Program-made: the position numbers and the translations under genes | The notes under the pieces: model-generated | The model's input: the letters and a program-made list of their open reading frames with translations, nothing else | Told to the model about the DNA's origin: nothing | Database searches by the model: none | Origin: Candidatus Nomurabacteria bacterium | GTDB lineage: Bacteria > Patescibacteriota > Minisyncoccia > Phycocordibacterales > UBA9973 | Direction: 5' to 3' | Assembly: GCA_023267195.1 (NCBI GenBank) | Contig: JAHFNT010000004.1 | Location: 64,603 to 128,602 of the forward strand | DNA length: 64,000 nucleotides | Part shown: positions 11,876-22,089 of the stretch, piece by piece | How the letters are laid out: the number at the start of each line of letters is the position of its first letter | Position numbering within the stretch: position 1 is the first letter of the stretch

Positions 11876-13084
11876 CTAGCTTATACTTCCCGCCATATTG
11901 TAAATAGGCATTAAAACAGAAACCAAAAGTATCCCCACCCCTAAACCCAAAACTACAATCATCACCGGCTCTATAAGCCCGACTAAAGTATCAACCGCAT
12001 CGTCTACCTCGCGTTTATAAAAATCAGTTAATGTTTTTAATATAGTGCCTAGAGAACCGGTTTCCTCTCCCACCAGCACCATTTGCACCATAATTCCTGG
12101 TATTTGCTCCGGGTGTTTTTCAAATGCCATCGAAAGAGCCAATCCAGACTTTACAGAATCGGCAACTTCCACCAATAAATCTTTATATACCAGGGATCCT
12201 ACAACTTCAGCAGTAATATCTATGGCTCGCACTATTGGTACTCCTGAAGAAAGCATGGTATTTAGATTGTCTGTTATTCTGGAAAGATAGAGTTTTTTGT
12301 AGAGATTGCCCACTGCTGGCGTGGAAAGACGTAATGTATCCAAGTAAATTTTCCCTCTTGGGGTAGACGATAGTCGCCAAACCCAAATTCCCAAAAGTAC
12401 CAAGAAAATTAAAATAAAGAATCCATAATGAACAAATAAGTTTGAAACTGCTATCACTATTTTTGTAAAAAATGGTACCGCCTGTCCTGAGTCAAGAATA
12501 ATTGATGATAGTTTCGGAATGACAACAGTAAACATCAAGGTCATCACCACAATAAATGTAACAATAACAAAAGCTGGATAGATAAGGGCGTTTCTCGTCT
12601 TGGAAGTAAGAGCATATTGGCGATCTAAATATTCTGCCAAATGTAGAAATGTTTGGTTGAGTTTTCCTGTCTCTTCACCCACTTTCACCATGTTTATATA
12701 AAAATCGGAAAAAACATCTGTGTGGCGGGCCAAAGCCCCTGAAATAGAAATCCCCGCCTGAAGGTCATCTCCTATTTGAGTCAATTTTCTACCCAAAAGC
12801 TTATTTTCAGTATTGTTGGCAAGCATGGTGAAAGCCTTTAAAGCAGAAACTTGCGCCTCAAATAAGGTCGCAATTTGCCGCGATAAAATCACCACATCTT
12901 TTGGTTTTACCCTTTCAAAAAAAGAAATTTCAAAAATAGATTTATTTTCGCTTTGTTCATTTATAGATAGAATGATAAAACCGCGACGTTGAAGTCCGCT
13001 TATAGCTATATCGCGATTCGGAGCATCTATCTCTCCTTCTTTGCTTATTCCCTTGTCATCTATTGCCTTGTATTTAAATAACAT
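11876..13084 (-). CDS. pilC: Type IV pilus assembly platform protein PilC (GspF family)
   Basis: 402 aa. Two GspF-like repeats with three transmembrane segments. Sits between pilT and the pilins. Confidence 0.85.
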   Translation of the reverse strand: MLFKYKAIDDKGISKEGEIDAPNRDIAISGLQRRGFIILSINEQSENKSIFEISFFERVKPKDVVILSRQIATLFEAQVSALKAFTMLANNTENKLLGRKLTQIGDDLQAGISISGALARHTDVFSDFYINMVKVGEETGKLNQTFLHLAEYLDRQYALTSKTRNALIYPAFVIVTFIVVMTLMFTVVIPKLSSIILDSGQAVPFFTKIVIAVSNLFVHYGFFILIFLVLLGIWVWRLSSTPRGKIYLDTLRLSTPAVGNLYKKLYLSRITDNLNTMLSSGVPIVRAIDITAEVVGSLVYKDLLVEVADSVKSGLALSMAFEKHPEQIPGIMVQMVLVGEETGSLGTILKTLTDFYKREVDDAVDTLVGLIEPVMIVVLGLGVGILLVSVLMPIYNMAGSIS

Positions 13085-13091
13085 AGAATTA

Positions 13092-14150
13092 TTATATCAA
13101 CCGTTCTAGGCCTTTCGGATTAAGCGAATACTGATAAGCATTTTCAATTGAAATTTCTCCTGCGCGAACCAGTTCAATAAGAGAATGGTTCAAATCTACC
13201 ATTCCGGATTCCATTCCTGTTTCTATAACAACATCTATTTCATGAGTACGTTTCTCGCGAATGAGGTTCGAAACCGCATTATTATTCAAGAGAAGTTCAT
13301 AAGCTGGTATGAGCCCACCTGAAATTCTAGGAATAAGTCTCTGGGAAAAAATTCCGAGAAGCGATGACGCAAGCTGGGCGCGAATTTGATCTTGTTGATT
13401 TCCAGGAAATGAGTCAATTATTCTATCAATCGTTTGCGAAGCATTATTGGTATGGAGAGTAGATAGCACCAAGTGCCCTGTCTCCGCTGCAGTCACCGCA
13501 GTTGAAATAGTTTCCGGCGTGCGCATTTCACCGATCATAATCACATTTACATCTTCACGAAATACTTCTTTCAGGGCTATATGGAAATCCTTGGTATCTA
13601 TGCCAACCTCTCGCTGATTAATGATAGATTTATTAGGCACATAAACATGTTCAATAGGATCTTCAATAGTTATGATATGCCGCGCCTGTTCGTTGTTGAT
13701 TATGTTAACCATTGCGGATAACGTGGTTGATTTTCCCTGCCCGACAGGACCAACAACTAAGAAAAACCCCTGCTTTTTCCGAGCCAAATCTGCTAGAATC
13801 GGGGGTAATTTTAGTTCGGAAATAGTTTGGACTTTGGGCACAAGTCTAAATACAATATTAACCAAACCTTTCTGGAAAAAGGCATTACCCCGCAGTCTTG
13901 CTTCTCCTCGAAAATCATAAGAAAAATCGGCTTCCTGGTTTTCTTTGAATTTTTCAACTTTGGCTTTGTCCAAAATTTCCCCCAGAAACCCAAGCATGTC
14001 TGCCTGTGTCAAAATCGAGTGTTTTGAAAGAAAAATAAGCTCACCCGATACGCGAACAGCCGGCACTCGTCCTGCACCCAGATGCAGATCGGAACCATCC
14101 TCACGAATAACATTCAAAATAAGTTCTTCTAATTCTTTTTTGTAGTCCAT
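13092..14150 (-). CDS. pilT: Twitching motility / pilus retraction ATPase PilT
   Basis: 352 aa. N-terminal GSDLHL, Walker A GPVGQGKSTTL, His box and Asp box (IIDSFP). Confidence 0.85.
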   Translation of the reverse strand: MDYKKELEELILNVIREDGSDLHLGAGRVPAVRVSGELIFLSKHSILTQADMLGFLGEILDKAKVEKFKENQEADFSYDFRGEARLRGNAFFQKGLVNIVFRLVPKVQTISELKLPPILADLARKKQGFFLVVGPVGQGKSTTLSAMVNIINNEQARHIITIEDPIEHVYVPNKSIINQREVGIDTKDFHIALKEVFREDVNVIMIGEMRTPETISTAVTAAETGHLVLSTLHTNNASQTIDRIIDSFPGNQQDQIRAQLASSLLGIFSQRLIPRISGGLIPAYELLLNNNAVSNLIREKRTHEIDVVIETGMESGMVDLNHSLIELVRAGEISIENAYQYSLNPKGLERLI

Positions 14151-14153
14151 ATT

Positions 14154-14585
14154 TTAATCTGTAATTTTTTTTAAAACTTTATTTTCTAAAATTTTTACTA
14201 CTTGGTCTATTACCTCTGTCGGGGTAGAGTTTGCTTTCACAATATAGCCCGCAACTCCTAATTTATTGCTTTTTTCTATATCTTCTTGCTCGTTCTTATT
14301 GGACAACACTACCCTCATACAATTAGAGCATAGCTTTTCTTTGTTCATTTGTTCCATGGCTTCAAAACCATCCATCTCTGGCATTATTATATCCATAAGA
14401 AGAAGATCAGGAGATAATCCGCCTCTTAATTTTTCGAGAGCCTGTAATCCACTTGCCGCAGTATAAACCTCAAAACCGTTTTGGCTGAATTTTAGTGCAT
14501 ACATATCCAGAAGGAAACTATCATCATCCACTATTAAAATTTTTTTTCTTTCTCCCTCCATATACAAGCTAATTATACTACACAA
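14154..14585 (-). CDS. Single-domain response regulator, CheY-like receiver (PilH/PilG-like). Likely start is MEGERKK at 14561.
   Basis: KKILIVDDDSFLLDMYALKF...LLLMDIIMPEMDGFEAMEQM receiver motifs. No output domain. Confidence 0.75.
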   Translation of the reverse strand: MCSIISLYMEGERKKILIVDDDSFLLDMYALKFSQNGFEVYTAASGLQALEKLRGGLSPDLLLMDIIMPEMDGFEAMEQMNKEKLCSNCMRVVLSNKNEQEDIEKSNKLGVAGYIVKANSTPTEVIDQVVKILENKVLKKITD

Positions 14586-14625
14586 TAGCTTCTAATAGAA
14601 ACCCTAAAAATATACGCTAAGCAAA

Positions 14626-16368
14626 CTACTCGTTTTCGTTGCTAAAATTATAAACTTCAGTAAAAGGAATTACCCCTTGTAGTGATTTTAGCATTGCATC
14701 CTCCCTCATCATTAACATACCCTTACTACGTGCCAGCTTGTAAATTGCCGCATCAGTAGGATTTTTTAAGATTACTGCCTGCATTTCCTTGTCAATTTTA
14801 AACATCTCAAAAACGGCAATACGCCCTCTTGTTCCAGAGGGACATTCCGGCGAAGGCACTGTATCATACATCTTATCGCCTATTGTTGGTTTAAATTTAT
14901 CTGGCAGATCTTTCATTTGTTCTTCAATTTGAATTTTGATGCTTGGATCCATGGGCATTTCTTTGCGCGAAGCTGGAAAAGTCATTCGAGCCAAACGTTG
15001 GGCAATGGATACTATCAAGGTAGGGGCAATTAGGTATGGATCTACCCCCATATCTACAAGGCGAGGAATTGCTCCGATTGCGTTGTTGGTGTGAAGGGTA
15101 GAGAGCACAAGATGCCCAGTTAGAGCAGCCTGAATTGCAAGCTGGGCTGTTTCTTTATCACGAATTTCTCCAACCATTATTATGTCCGGGTCCTGTCGTA
15201 AAATTGAACGAAGCCCTGAAGCAAACGTGTATCCAATTTCTGGCATCATTTGCGATTGATTGATATCCGGCATATGATACTCCACTGGATCTTCCAGAGA
15301 TATAATATTACTTTTTTCTTTATCAAGCGCATTCATCATTGAATATAGTGTTGTTGATTTTCCAGAACCAGTCGGCCCAGTCACCAAGATTAAACCGTAC
15401 GGCCTTGTTATCGCCTCTTTGAGTATGTTTAAATTTACTTCAGACAATCCCAATTGATCTAGGGGTTTGACGCCTTTTTCAGAATCCAAAATACGCATCA
15501 CAACCTTCTCTCCATAATATGCCGGCATCGTAGAAACACGGAAATCAATTTTATGCCCATCAATATTTGCACTGAAGGATCCGTCTTGGGGTTTACGTTT
15601 CTCATCCAGTCTCAACTTGGCAAGAATTTTTATACGTGCGACAATTCCACCATAAACATTTGGCGGCAATACTATTGTGGTGTGGAGCACCCCATCCACG
15701 CGAAAACGTACTTTAACTTTTTCACCAGTATGTTCAATATGGATATCAGAAGCACCCCCTTCTATCGCATTTCGCAATATTACCGCAACAATTTTTATAA
15801 CAGGAGCATCTTCCACAATCTTTACCTCCTCTCCTAATTTTATATTTTTAATTTCCTTGCTGAGATTTTCTTCGCTCACACCCTTTGCATCATCCATATC
15901 TTCTTTGCTTAGTTCTTTCAATGCTTCTTCTACTTGAATTCCCATTCCTCTGTACGTCTGTATTATGCTTTCGTAGTCACTTTTAGAAATCAGAAAAATT
16001 TTAAATGGAATACCAACTTTGGTGGAAATAAATTGAAGCGCGTCCATCGCTTGTATATTTTCTGGGTCCATTACCCCCACCTCAAGCACACCATCCTTTA
16101 ATTCAATTGGAGCAAAATGATAGTGTACGGCTGAATCTTCAGAAATATACTTAAGCACATCAAAGGAAATTTCTTCTAAATTTACCTTTTTCACCGGTAT
16201 GCCCAAATACTCCCCCCTCGTCTCAAGGATTTTTTCTTCTGGAATACCAAATTGGGCAAGCGCCTCATCAATATTTCCATCCCATTCCTTTGCTGCGCGA
16301 CTTTTAATCTCGCCTATCTGGCTTCCTTTTATTAAACCTTTTTTTGCTAATTCTTCTAAAAAACTCAT
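14626..16368 (-). CDS. pilB: Type IV pilus assembly ATPase PilB (GspE family)
   Basis: 580 aa. N-terminal GSPII_E_N-like domain, Walker A GPTGSGKSTTL and C-terminal Cys motifs (PECPSGTRG). Confidence 0.9.
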   Translation of the reverse strand: MSFLEELAKKGLIKGSQIGEIKSRAAKEWDGNIDEALAQFGIPEEKILETRGEYLGIPVKKVNLEEISFDVLKYISEDSAVHYHFAPIELKDGVLEVGVMDPENIQAMDALQFISTKVGIPFKIFLISKSDYESIIQTYRGMGIQVEEALKELSKEDMDDAKGVSEENLSKEIKNIKLGEEVKIVEDAPVIKIVAVILRNAIEGGASDIHIEHTGEKVKVRFRVDGVLHTTIVLPPNVYGGIVARIKILAKLRLDEKRKPQDGSFSANIDGHKIDFRVSTMPAYYGEKVVMRILDSEKGVKPLDQLGLSEVNLNILKEAITRPYGLILVTGPTGSGKSTTLYSMMNALDKEKSNIISLEDPVEYHMPDINQSQMMPEIGYTFASGLRSILRQDPDIIMVGEIRDKETAQLAIQAALTGHLVLSTLHTNNAIGAIPRLVDMGVDPYLIAPTLIVSIAQRLARMTFPASRKEMPMDPSIKIQIEEQMKDLPDKFKPTIGDKMYDTVPSPECPSGTRGRIAVFEMFKIDKEMQAVILKNPTDAAIYKLARSKGMLMMREDAMLKSLQGVIPFTEVYNFSNENE

Positions 16369-16380
16369 AACTCTTTTGGA

Positions 16381-16797
16381 TTACGGCGTAGCTGGGGCTC
16401 CGGTCGGAGCGGCAACACTACCAGAATTACTTATGGGCGCCGACATTTCATCATTACCAAATTGAGCAAAAGGATTTGGACGCCCTTCGTTGCCATCCGG
16501 AATAAGAGTAATACTAGAATCGTGCAAATTATTAAAAGATGGATCGGAAAAAATCGAGTCGTCTAGTTTTATATTCTTGACATTCAGTAACAATGCAAGA
16601 AAATCTTTGGCAACCACGGGAGTTTCACTTAGGGCACCCGCCCCAAATTCAGAACTATTTGTGCTAGCAGGCAAACCGAGAGAAGGCGAAGAAACTAAAT
16701 TTTCCTGAGGGGAAGATTCTTTAATATAAAAAATATAAATAAGAACAAAAACTGCCGCAATTCCAGTAAATATTAAGATGTTTTTAAGTTTTGGCAT
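16381..16797 (-). CDS. Membrane-anchored pilus assembly protein, PilP-like (GRPNPF motif)
   Basis: N-terminal transmembrane segment and a GRxNPF motif reminiscent of the PilP RDPF box. Sits between pilO and pilB. Confidence 0.4.
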   Translation of the reverse strand: MPKLKNILIFTGIAAVFVLIYIFYIKESSPQENLVSSPSLGLPASTNSSEFGAGALSETPVVAKDFLALLLNVKNIKLDDSIFSDPSFNNLHDSSITLIPDGNEGRPNPFAQFGNDEMSAPISNSGSVAAPTGAPATP

Positions 16798-16821
16798 TTT
16801 TCTATTGTATTTATTTAAATT

Positions 16822-17427
16822 TTAATTTTTCAGCCAGTAAGTTTTAATTTTGAAATCGTATTTATATATTTCCGAAGAAGTTGTTTTGCCACCGACACCC
16901 ACATTGGCAGAGTTTGAGGAAAATGCTACTGATGATATATCTACTATTCTAAGATTACTTTCTAAATCTTTGGTGAAATTAATAAAATTGTTGTAAGTCC
17001 CTGATGTAGAAAATTCTAAATCAAAAATTCCATAGTCTTTAGAAGCTGGTTTCAAGGTATTGCTCCCTTGAACCACTGCCCCTGCGCCCAGGGCGGCATT
17101 TGCATCCGGAGTGCTATATTTAACATCTTTCAAAACCATTCCATAAGGCATGGCTATCTGCTCTATTTCCAAGATGAGACGGATGTTGTCTACATTTTCA
17201 GGCAACAACTTGCTTAATCTCATCAAATTATCTGGATTGATAGAATTATATTTGGAAGTAAGCTTGTCACGCTCATTTTCGAGCGCTTTAGAATTATCCA
17301 GAGCTTCATTATAGGAAGCAGCTTCATTTTTTAATTCGGATATCCCGGTATAAATAGGATTGGTAAATACAAAAAAAATGGATATTGCGATTCCTATTAA
17401 AATAATTGGCGTAACAAATCTCATCAT
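16822..17427 (-). CDS. pilO: Type IV pilus assembly protein PilO-like
   Basis: N-terminal transmembrane segment plus a coiled-coil region, then a PilO-like C-terminal domain. Positioned after pilN. Confidence 0.6.
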   Translation of the reverse strand: MMRFVTPIILIGIAISIFFVFTNPIYTGISELKNEAASYNEALDNSKALENERDKLTSKYNSINPDNLMRLSKLLPENVDNIRLILEIEQIAMPYGMVLKDVKYSTPDANAALGAGAVVQGSNTLKPASKDYGIFDLEFSTSGTYNNFINFTKDLESNLRIVDISSVAFSSNSANVGVGGKTTSSEIYKYDFKIKTYWLKN

Positions 17428-17453
17428 AAAAATTTATTCATTTAAATCAAACT

Positions 17454-18050
17454 TTAAATTTGCGCCGAAAATGCTTGCTTATAATTCACAAATGAAGGAT
17501 CGACCGAAAACTCCAGATCAAACAGCACATTGCCACTCTGGTCTAAAGTTAAATTGGAAAAAACAGGATCAATCAAATTCTTGTTTTGGGCAAACAAATC
17601 AGACTGCAAAGCTATTGAACGATACCCTATAGCCTGCCCAGACATTTTTATGTCTATTGCAATATTTTTATCTGTGTTTAAGACATAACTGAATTTAGTA
17701 AAACGAACAGTCTTCATAGTAAGCTGTTCAAGCGCGCTGAAAATCGGCGTAACTGTAATATGTTTGGATAAAACTTCGCTTGAAGCGCGCAAACGTTTGT
17801 CTAGAACTTGCAACTCGGCTATTTTGGAAGGCTCAAAACGATTTCTAGCCAAGGCTAAGGTATTTTCCATTTCAGCAATACTTTTGTTCAAAATCCCCCG
17901 GTAAAAGTACAATCCGCCTGTCGCCAAAAGCACAGCAAATAAAATAAACAAAGAAATAACCAAAAAAATACTCACGGGCCTAGAAGAAACAGCGTCTTCC
18001 TTGATTAGAGGCTTTTTGGGTATAAATGATGTTTGAAAATTTTGCTCCAT
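17454..18050 (-). CDS. pilN: Type IV pilus assembly protein PilN-like
   Basis: Short cytoplasmic N-terminus, then a transmembrane segment (VSIFLVISLFILFAVLLATGGLYF), then a periplasmic domain. Positioned after pilM. Confidence 0.6.
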   Translation of the reverse strand: MEQNFQTSFIPKKPLIKEDAVSSRPVSIFLVISLFILFAVLLATGGLYFYRGILNKSIAEMENTLALARNRFEPSKIAELQVLDKRLRASSEVLSKHITVTPIFSALEQLTMKTVRFTKFSYVLNTDKNIAIDIKMSGQAIGYRSIALQSDLFAQNKNLIDPVFSNLTLDQSGNVLFDLEFSVDPSFVNYKQAFSAQI

Positions 18051-18133
18051 TATACTCTACTATTATATTACAAAAACAACTTTTTAAAAAGTAAATTGTG
18101 CATAACTTCCTTTAAGCATGACCTCCCTCTTTG

Positions 18134-19261
18134 TTATTGTAGCTTTCTCAATGCCAAACCAAGTGCCACGGCAAATTCCGGGCCCATCGCAGAAAGAACT
18201 TTCTCCAAAAATGCCGGGGCTTCCACTTTGGAAAATGGATGACCTATTTCTACCTCAGCTCTGAAATTATTTACCGCCACTTCTGAAAGTCCTTTTAGTA
18301 AAGATCCCCCTCCGGTAAATATCACCTTACTGATAGTCCGGTTATATTTCTTTTCATACCCCAGCAGAACATTGTTGGCTTCTGAAAATATGTAATCAAT
18401 ATGAACTCGGATAATGTCAGCCAAACTTTTCTCCGTACTATCACCGAACAAACCAAACTCTTTTTTCATTTTTTCGGCTTGGGCGAAGGGAATGCTCAAG
18501 GATTTGGAAATTGAATTGGAGATATCCGCGCCCCCCCTATCTATCGTGTGATAATTTTTAACCATCCCAAATTCCACAATAGAAAGTTTGGTACGTGACG
18601 CGCCAAAATCTATCAATAAAACCGGGGAAAGCTCGTGCTCAAAATTTGCACGAATGGAAGAAAATATTTCAACTTCAAAAAAAGAAGCATTTAGGTCACA
18701 TTGAGAAATAACTGACTTATATTTGGCTACTGCATCGTTCTGGGTAGCCACCACCAACACATTAATTTTATTTATTTGCTCCAGGGAAGAATCGCCGCTA
18801 TTCATCTCTTCAAAAGAAGATTCTTTTTTGGGTAAAATAAAGTAGTCAACTGAAACTTCAGTAATTGGAACTGGTATATATTTACGGGCTTCAGTAGAAA
18901 CAATGGTAGACAATTCAGCATCGTTCATTTCAGCCGGAAGTGTAAGAGTAAAAATTAAACTTGATTGAATAGGAATAGAAAGAGCCAAGTTTGTACCAGT
19001 AACGCCAGATTGCTTTAAAACCTCCTGTAGAGCTAGGACTATTTTTTCAACCGGAAGATTTGTAACACGCCCAGAATCCTGATCCGCATAAGGACCCAAG
19101 GATATAGCGCCATAGGTTTCAAGCACGGCTTTGCCTCCCTTTTTTTTAATTTCAACCACCTTGATAGCGGAAGATCCAATGTCTACTCCGACAGCGCTGT
19201 CTTCTCTCCCACCCCCAATTTTGCCAAAACCTGAAAAAATATTCTTTAATAAATTGCTCAT
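18134..19261 (-). CDS. pilM: Type IV pilus assembly protein PilM (actin-like ATPase fold)
   Basis: 375 aa. VGVDIGSSAIKVVEIKKKGG N-terminal phosphate-1 motif. Confidence 0.8.
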   Translation of the reverse strand: MSNLLKNIFSGFGKIGGGREDSAVGVDIGSSAIKVVEIKKKGGKAVLETYGAISLGPYADQDSGRVTNLPVEKIVLALQEVLKQSGVTGTNLALSIPIQSSLIFTLTLPAEMNDAELSTIVSTEARKYIPVPITEVSVDYFILPKKESSFEEMNSGDSSLEQINKINVLVVATQNDAVAKYKSVISQCDLNASFFEVEIFSSIRANFEHELSPVLLIDFGASRTKLSIVEFGMVKNYHTIDRGGADISNSISKSLSIPFAQAEKMKKEFGLFGDSTEKSLADIIRVHIDYIFSEANNVLLGYEKKYNRTISKVIFTGGGSLLKGLSEVAVNNFRAEVEIGHPFSKVEAPAFLEKVLSAMGPEFAVALGLALRKLQ

Positions 19262-19269
19262 ATAAATAT

Positions 19270-19983
19270 ATGGTAAAATACTTGTTGATTATAACATATA
19301 TGTATTTTTTGAACACTATCATAGAAAATATACTCAGTATAGTTTTTCCTATAAAATGTATATCGTGTGGAGATACTGGAGCATATTTGTGCTTAAAGTG
19401 CCTTAGCAATGTTCCTCGGGCAGAACGCGAGAGCGCAGAATGGATTTTCTCCCTTTACGATTATCGGGATCCAATAATGAAAAAATCCTTATGGTTTCTA
19501 AAATACAAAGGCAAAAAGATGCTAGCAAATGTTTTTGCGGAAATAATCTATGAAAAAATTTTGGAAGAACTATCCGAATTGTCCGTAATGGAAAATTTTA
19601 ATAATGCTATTTTAATTCCCATCCCCCTCTCCCAAAAACGATATCGTGAGCGCGGATTTAATCAAGCTGAATTGATTTGCCGAGAGTTGATCAAAATAAA
19701 TTCCCTACGCGACAATCTAAATATAAAGTTAGAAATTAATATTTTAATAAAACCCAGGGATACCGAACATCAAGCACGTATTAAAGACAGAAATACAAGA
19801 TTAAAAAATCTTTCCGGTTCTTTTGCGATAAAAAATTCAGAGCAAAATGGAAGTTTAGTAAAAAACAGAAATATAATTTTAATAGACGATATCACCACTA
19901 CCGGCGCAACTTTGAGTGAAGCAAGGAAAGTTTTAAGGCGCTCCGGTGCACGCAAAATCATAGCTTTTACTGTAGCGCATTAA
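19270..19983 (+). CDS. comFC: Competence protein ComF (ComFC), phosphoribosyltransferase family
   Basis: N-terminal double zinc ribbon (CISCGD...CLKCL) and a PRTase motif ILIDDITTTGATL. Confidence 0.85.
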   Translation: MVKYLLIITYMYFLNTIIENILSIVFPIKCISCGDTGAYLCLKCLSNVPRAERESAEWIFSLYDYRDPIMKKSLWFLKYKGKKMLANVFAEIIYEKILEELSELSVMENFNNAILIPIPLSQKRYRERGFNQAELICRELIKINSLRDNLNIKLEINILIKPRDTEHQARIKDRNTRLKNLSGSFAIKNSEQNGSLVKNRNIILIDDITTTGATLSEARKVLRRSGARKIIAFTVAH

Positions 19984-19999
19984 CCCCCCCTCTTTGCTT

Positions 20000-20030
20000 C
20001 TCCCCCTTATCAGGGGGAGTTTGATGGATT
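20000..20030 (+). terminator. Rho-independent terminator after comFC
   Basis: 8-bp stem ctccccct/agggggag with loop tatc, then a T-rich tract. Confidence 0.6.
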
Positions 20031-20043
20031 TTTCTTCAAAAAA

Positions 20044-21252
20044 CTAGAGCCCCCATAAATCCCAGATTTTTCCAGCAATATTTTTTGGCTTGCCGTAAAG
20101 TGCATAATAATGCAAATCAATAAATGGCAGTGTATTACATTCAATAATTCCCCATCGCTGAGTTGTAGCCTCCCGCGTGGGATCTGGCACAATACAATCC
20201 AGACCTATGACGGGCAGATTCACGATTTTTGCCGCATTGGTTAAAATAGGAATAAAACTTGGATGTAATTCATCCAACATTTCTCTGGTAACCCCACCAA
20301 AAAGACGCCCGGTGCGATGCGAGAGTGGCAAGCGAACTCCGGCAGGCAACACACTATCCATTTTGAAACCCAAACGTAAAATGTGATTTTTTAGTTCATC
20401 ATTTACCAGCACTTTTTCTACTCTCACTGGACGCTTTTCATCTTTTTCTCTTATGAGTTGTATGATGCTCTTTTCTCCATCTCCTATAACAAAAGGCGCG
20501 GATCCCCGATAAAAACCCATCAGCACTCCATCAACAAAAGTTGCGCGGCACACATCTCCTTCTAGGTGCTCTTCAGCCACCAAGTAACTGCAAATTTTTT
20601 TTGCAACGCCGACAGCCTGTTTAAATTCTTCTAAGTTATGAATATTGGTGATTGTATGCCTGCCGCGCGACCCTACCCTTGGTTTTACAATTATCGGCGT
20701 TTTAAACTTGGAAAATATATTCTCAAGATTCTGCGGGTAAAATGCCGCGAACTGATAATAATCAGGCACTGGAATATTCTTTTTAGAAAACTCTTTTTTT
20801 AGTAAAAATTTATCATCCCAGTTTTCACTCATATTTAAAAGTTTCTGCGGTATAGGCAAACTGTTGAAATAGACGATAGAACCATTTATTTTTGCCCTAT
20901 ATTGATCGATGGCTTTGCCAAACATTATGATCTGTTTCATTTCAATTCCCCGTCTGTTCGCCTCTTCCCAGATTACCCGCGAACGCAGGGTCGTTGATTT
21001 ATTAATATCGTCTGAAAGTTTTATAACATTAAAAAATAAAAGTATTTCAAAAAAAGAATACAGGAGCCAATCGACAAAATTACGCAGAAAATCAGGCGCG
21101 TTTTTTGTGACTTTGAGTACATGCCTATCAATAGTCATTGATATTAAACTTGCAAAGAAAAAGAGTCCGTGATTTATCGGCGCGTCTCCGCAATATATAC
21201 AAGAAACAATTCCACGATGAGGCTCAATATTTGATTTAACTGATTTTTCCAT
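20044..21252 (-). CDS. ATP-grasp family ligase (RimK / cyanophycin-synthetase-like fold)
   Basis: 402 aa. ATP-grasp signatures (PIIVKPRVGSRGRHTI, LVAEEHLEGD, GLDCIVPDP). Confidence 0.5.
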   Translation of the reverse strand: MEKSVKSNIEPHRGIVSCIYCGDAPINHGLFFFASLISMTIDRHVLKVTKNAPDFLRNFVDWLLYSFFEILLFFNVIKLSDDINKSTTLRSRVIWEEANRRGIEMKQIIMFGKAIDQYRAKINGSIVYFNSLPIPQKLLNMSENWDDKFLLKKEFSKKNIPVPDYYQFAAFYPQNLENIFSKFKTPIIVKPRVGSRGRHTITNIHNLEEFKQAVGVAKKICSYLVAEEHLEGDVCRATFVDGVLMGFYRGSAPFVIGDGEKSIIQLIREKDEKRPVRVEKVLVNDELKNHILRLGFKMDSVLPAGVRLPLSHRTGRLFGGVTREMLDELHPSFIPILTNAAKIVNLPVIGLDCIVPDPTREATTQRWGIIECNTLPFIDLHYYALYGKPKNIAGKIWDLWGL

Positions 21253-21453
21253 AATTTTTCTGAGTATGAAAAGAGACAGCGTAGCTGTCTCTTTTAGAAC
21301 AAAACAAACATTTTTAGTGGCCTCCTGTCATATAATTAATCTGACTTGAAATTTTATAATATACGACCTTTTTTATTATATCACATAAATACAACAAGCA
21401 AGAATGCGCGACTGCGATTATCTAAGTCCACAACCCCAAACAAAATCATTATA

Positions 21454-22089
21454 CTACAAAGGCTTAAATAATTCTTCCAATTCCTTTTTCTTATCGGGGT
21501 TATGTTTAACTTCCTGTAATTTAAGGCCAACTTCCTGTTCTGCAAAATATATGTCTTTGCGGCTCGGCATATCTATAAATTCGTCCAAGGTAACGGGCAA
21601 TAATTTTATTTTTTCCCCCGCGTCCAAATTTAAATTTGAAATTTTTTTCAAACCCTTGGCAATAAAAACATAAACTGCCCAGTCGACTTTTGGGAGCGAG
21701 TTTTGAGCGAACCATAAAATAAATTCGTCCGCAACATACCCGCTTTCCTCCAAGAGCTCTCGCCGTGCCGCAGTCAACACATCTTCCCCTTCATCTACTC
21801 GCCCACCAGTGCCTCCGATAAATAGTCCTTTGCCTGGTTGCTCTTGTTCAGTCAAAAGAATCTTTCCATCCGGCAACACTGCAAAAATCGTCACATTGTC
21901 CGCGCGTTTAGCTTTTTCAAAAATTGCCCGAGTACCATCATACATTTCTTGCTCCCATTGATAAACATCAAAAATTACTCCTTTAAAGACCCTTTTGGCG
22001 TGAGGTGGTATTGGCTGTTTGGGTAAAGGGCGTTCTATGTTCATAAAGTTATTATAAATCATTAAAACCAAGAAACAAACCAGCGCCAA
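21454..22089 (-). CDS. NUDIX hydrolase
   Basis: Nudix box GGTGGRVDEGEDVLTAARRELLEESGY. Confidence 0.8.
   Translation of the reverse strand: MALVCFLVLMIYNNFMNIERPLPKQPIPPHAKRVFKGVIFDVYQWEQEMYDGTRAIFEKAKRADNVTIFAVLPDGKILLTEQEQPGKGLFIGGTGGRVDEGEDVLTAARRELLEESGYVADEFILWFAQNSLPKVDWAVYVFIAKGLKKISNLNLDAGEKIKLLPVTLDEFIDMPSRKDIYFAEQEVGLKLQEVKHNPDKKKELEELFKPL

Noticed and set aside
19152-19409. 85-aa minus-strand ORF spanning the pilM start and the comFC upstream region
   Set aside because: It overlaps the PilM N-terminus and the comFC start in an AT-rich promoter region, and has no supporting features.
21268-21300. Hairpin aaaagagacagc-gtag-gctgtctctttt, considered as an independent regulatory element
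   Set aside because: Most simply it is the rho-independent terminator of the NUDIX gene, which ends at 21454 on the minus strand, and the promoter-region boundary of the ATP-grasp gene. It is not otherwise remarkable.
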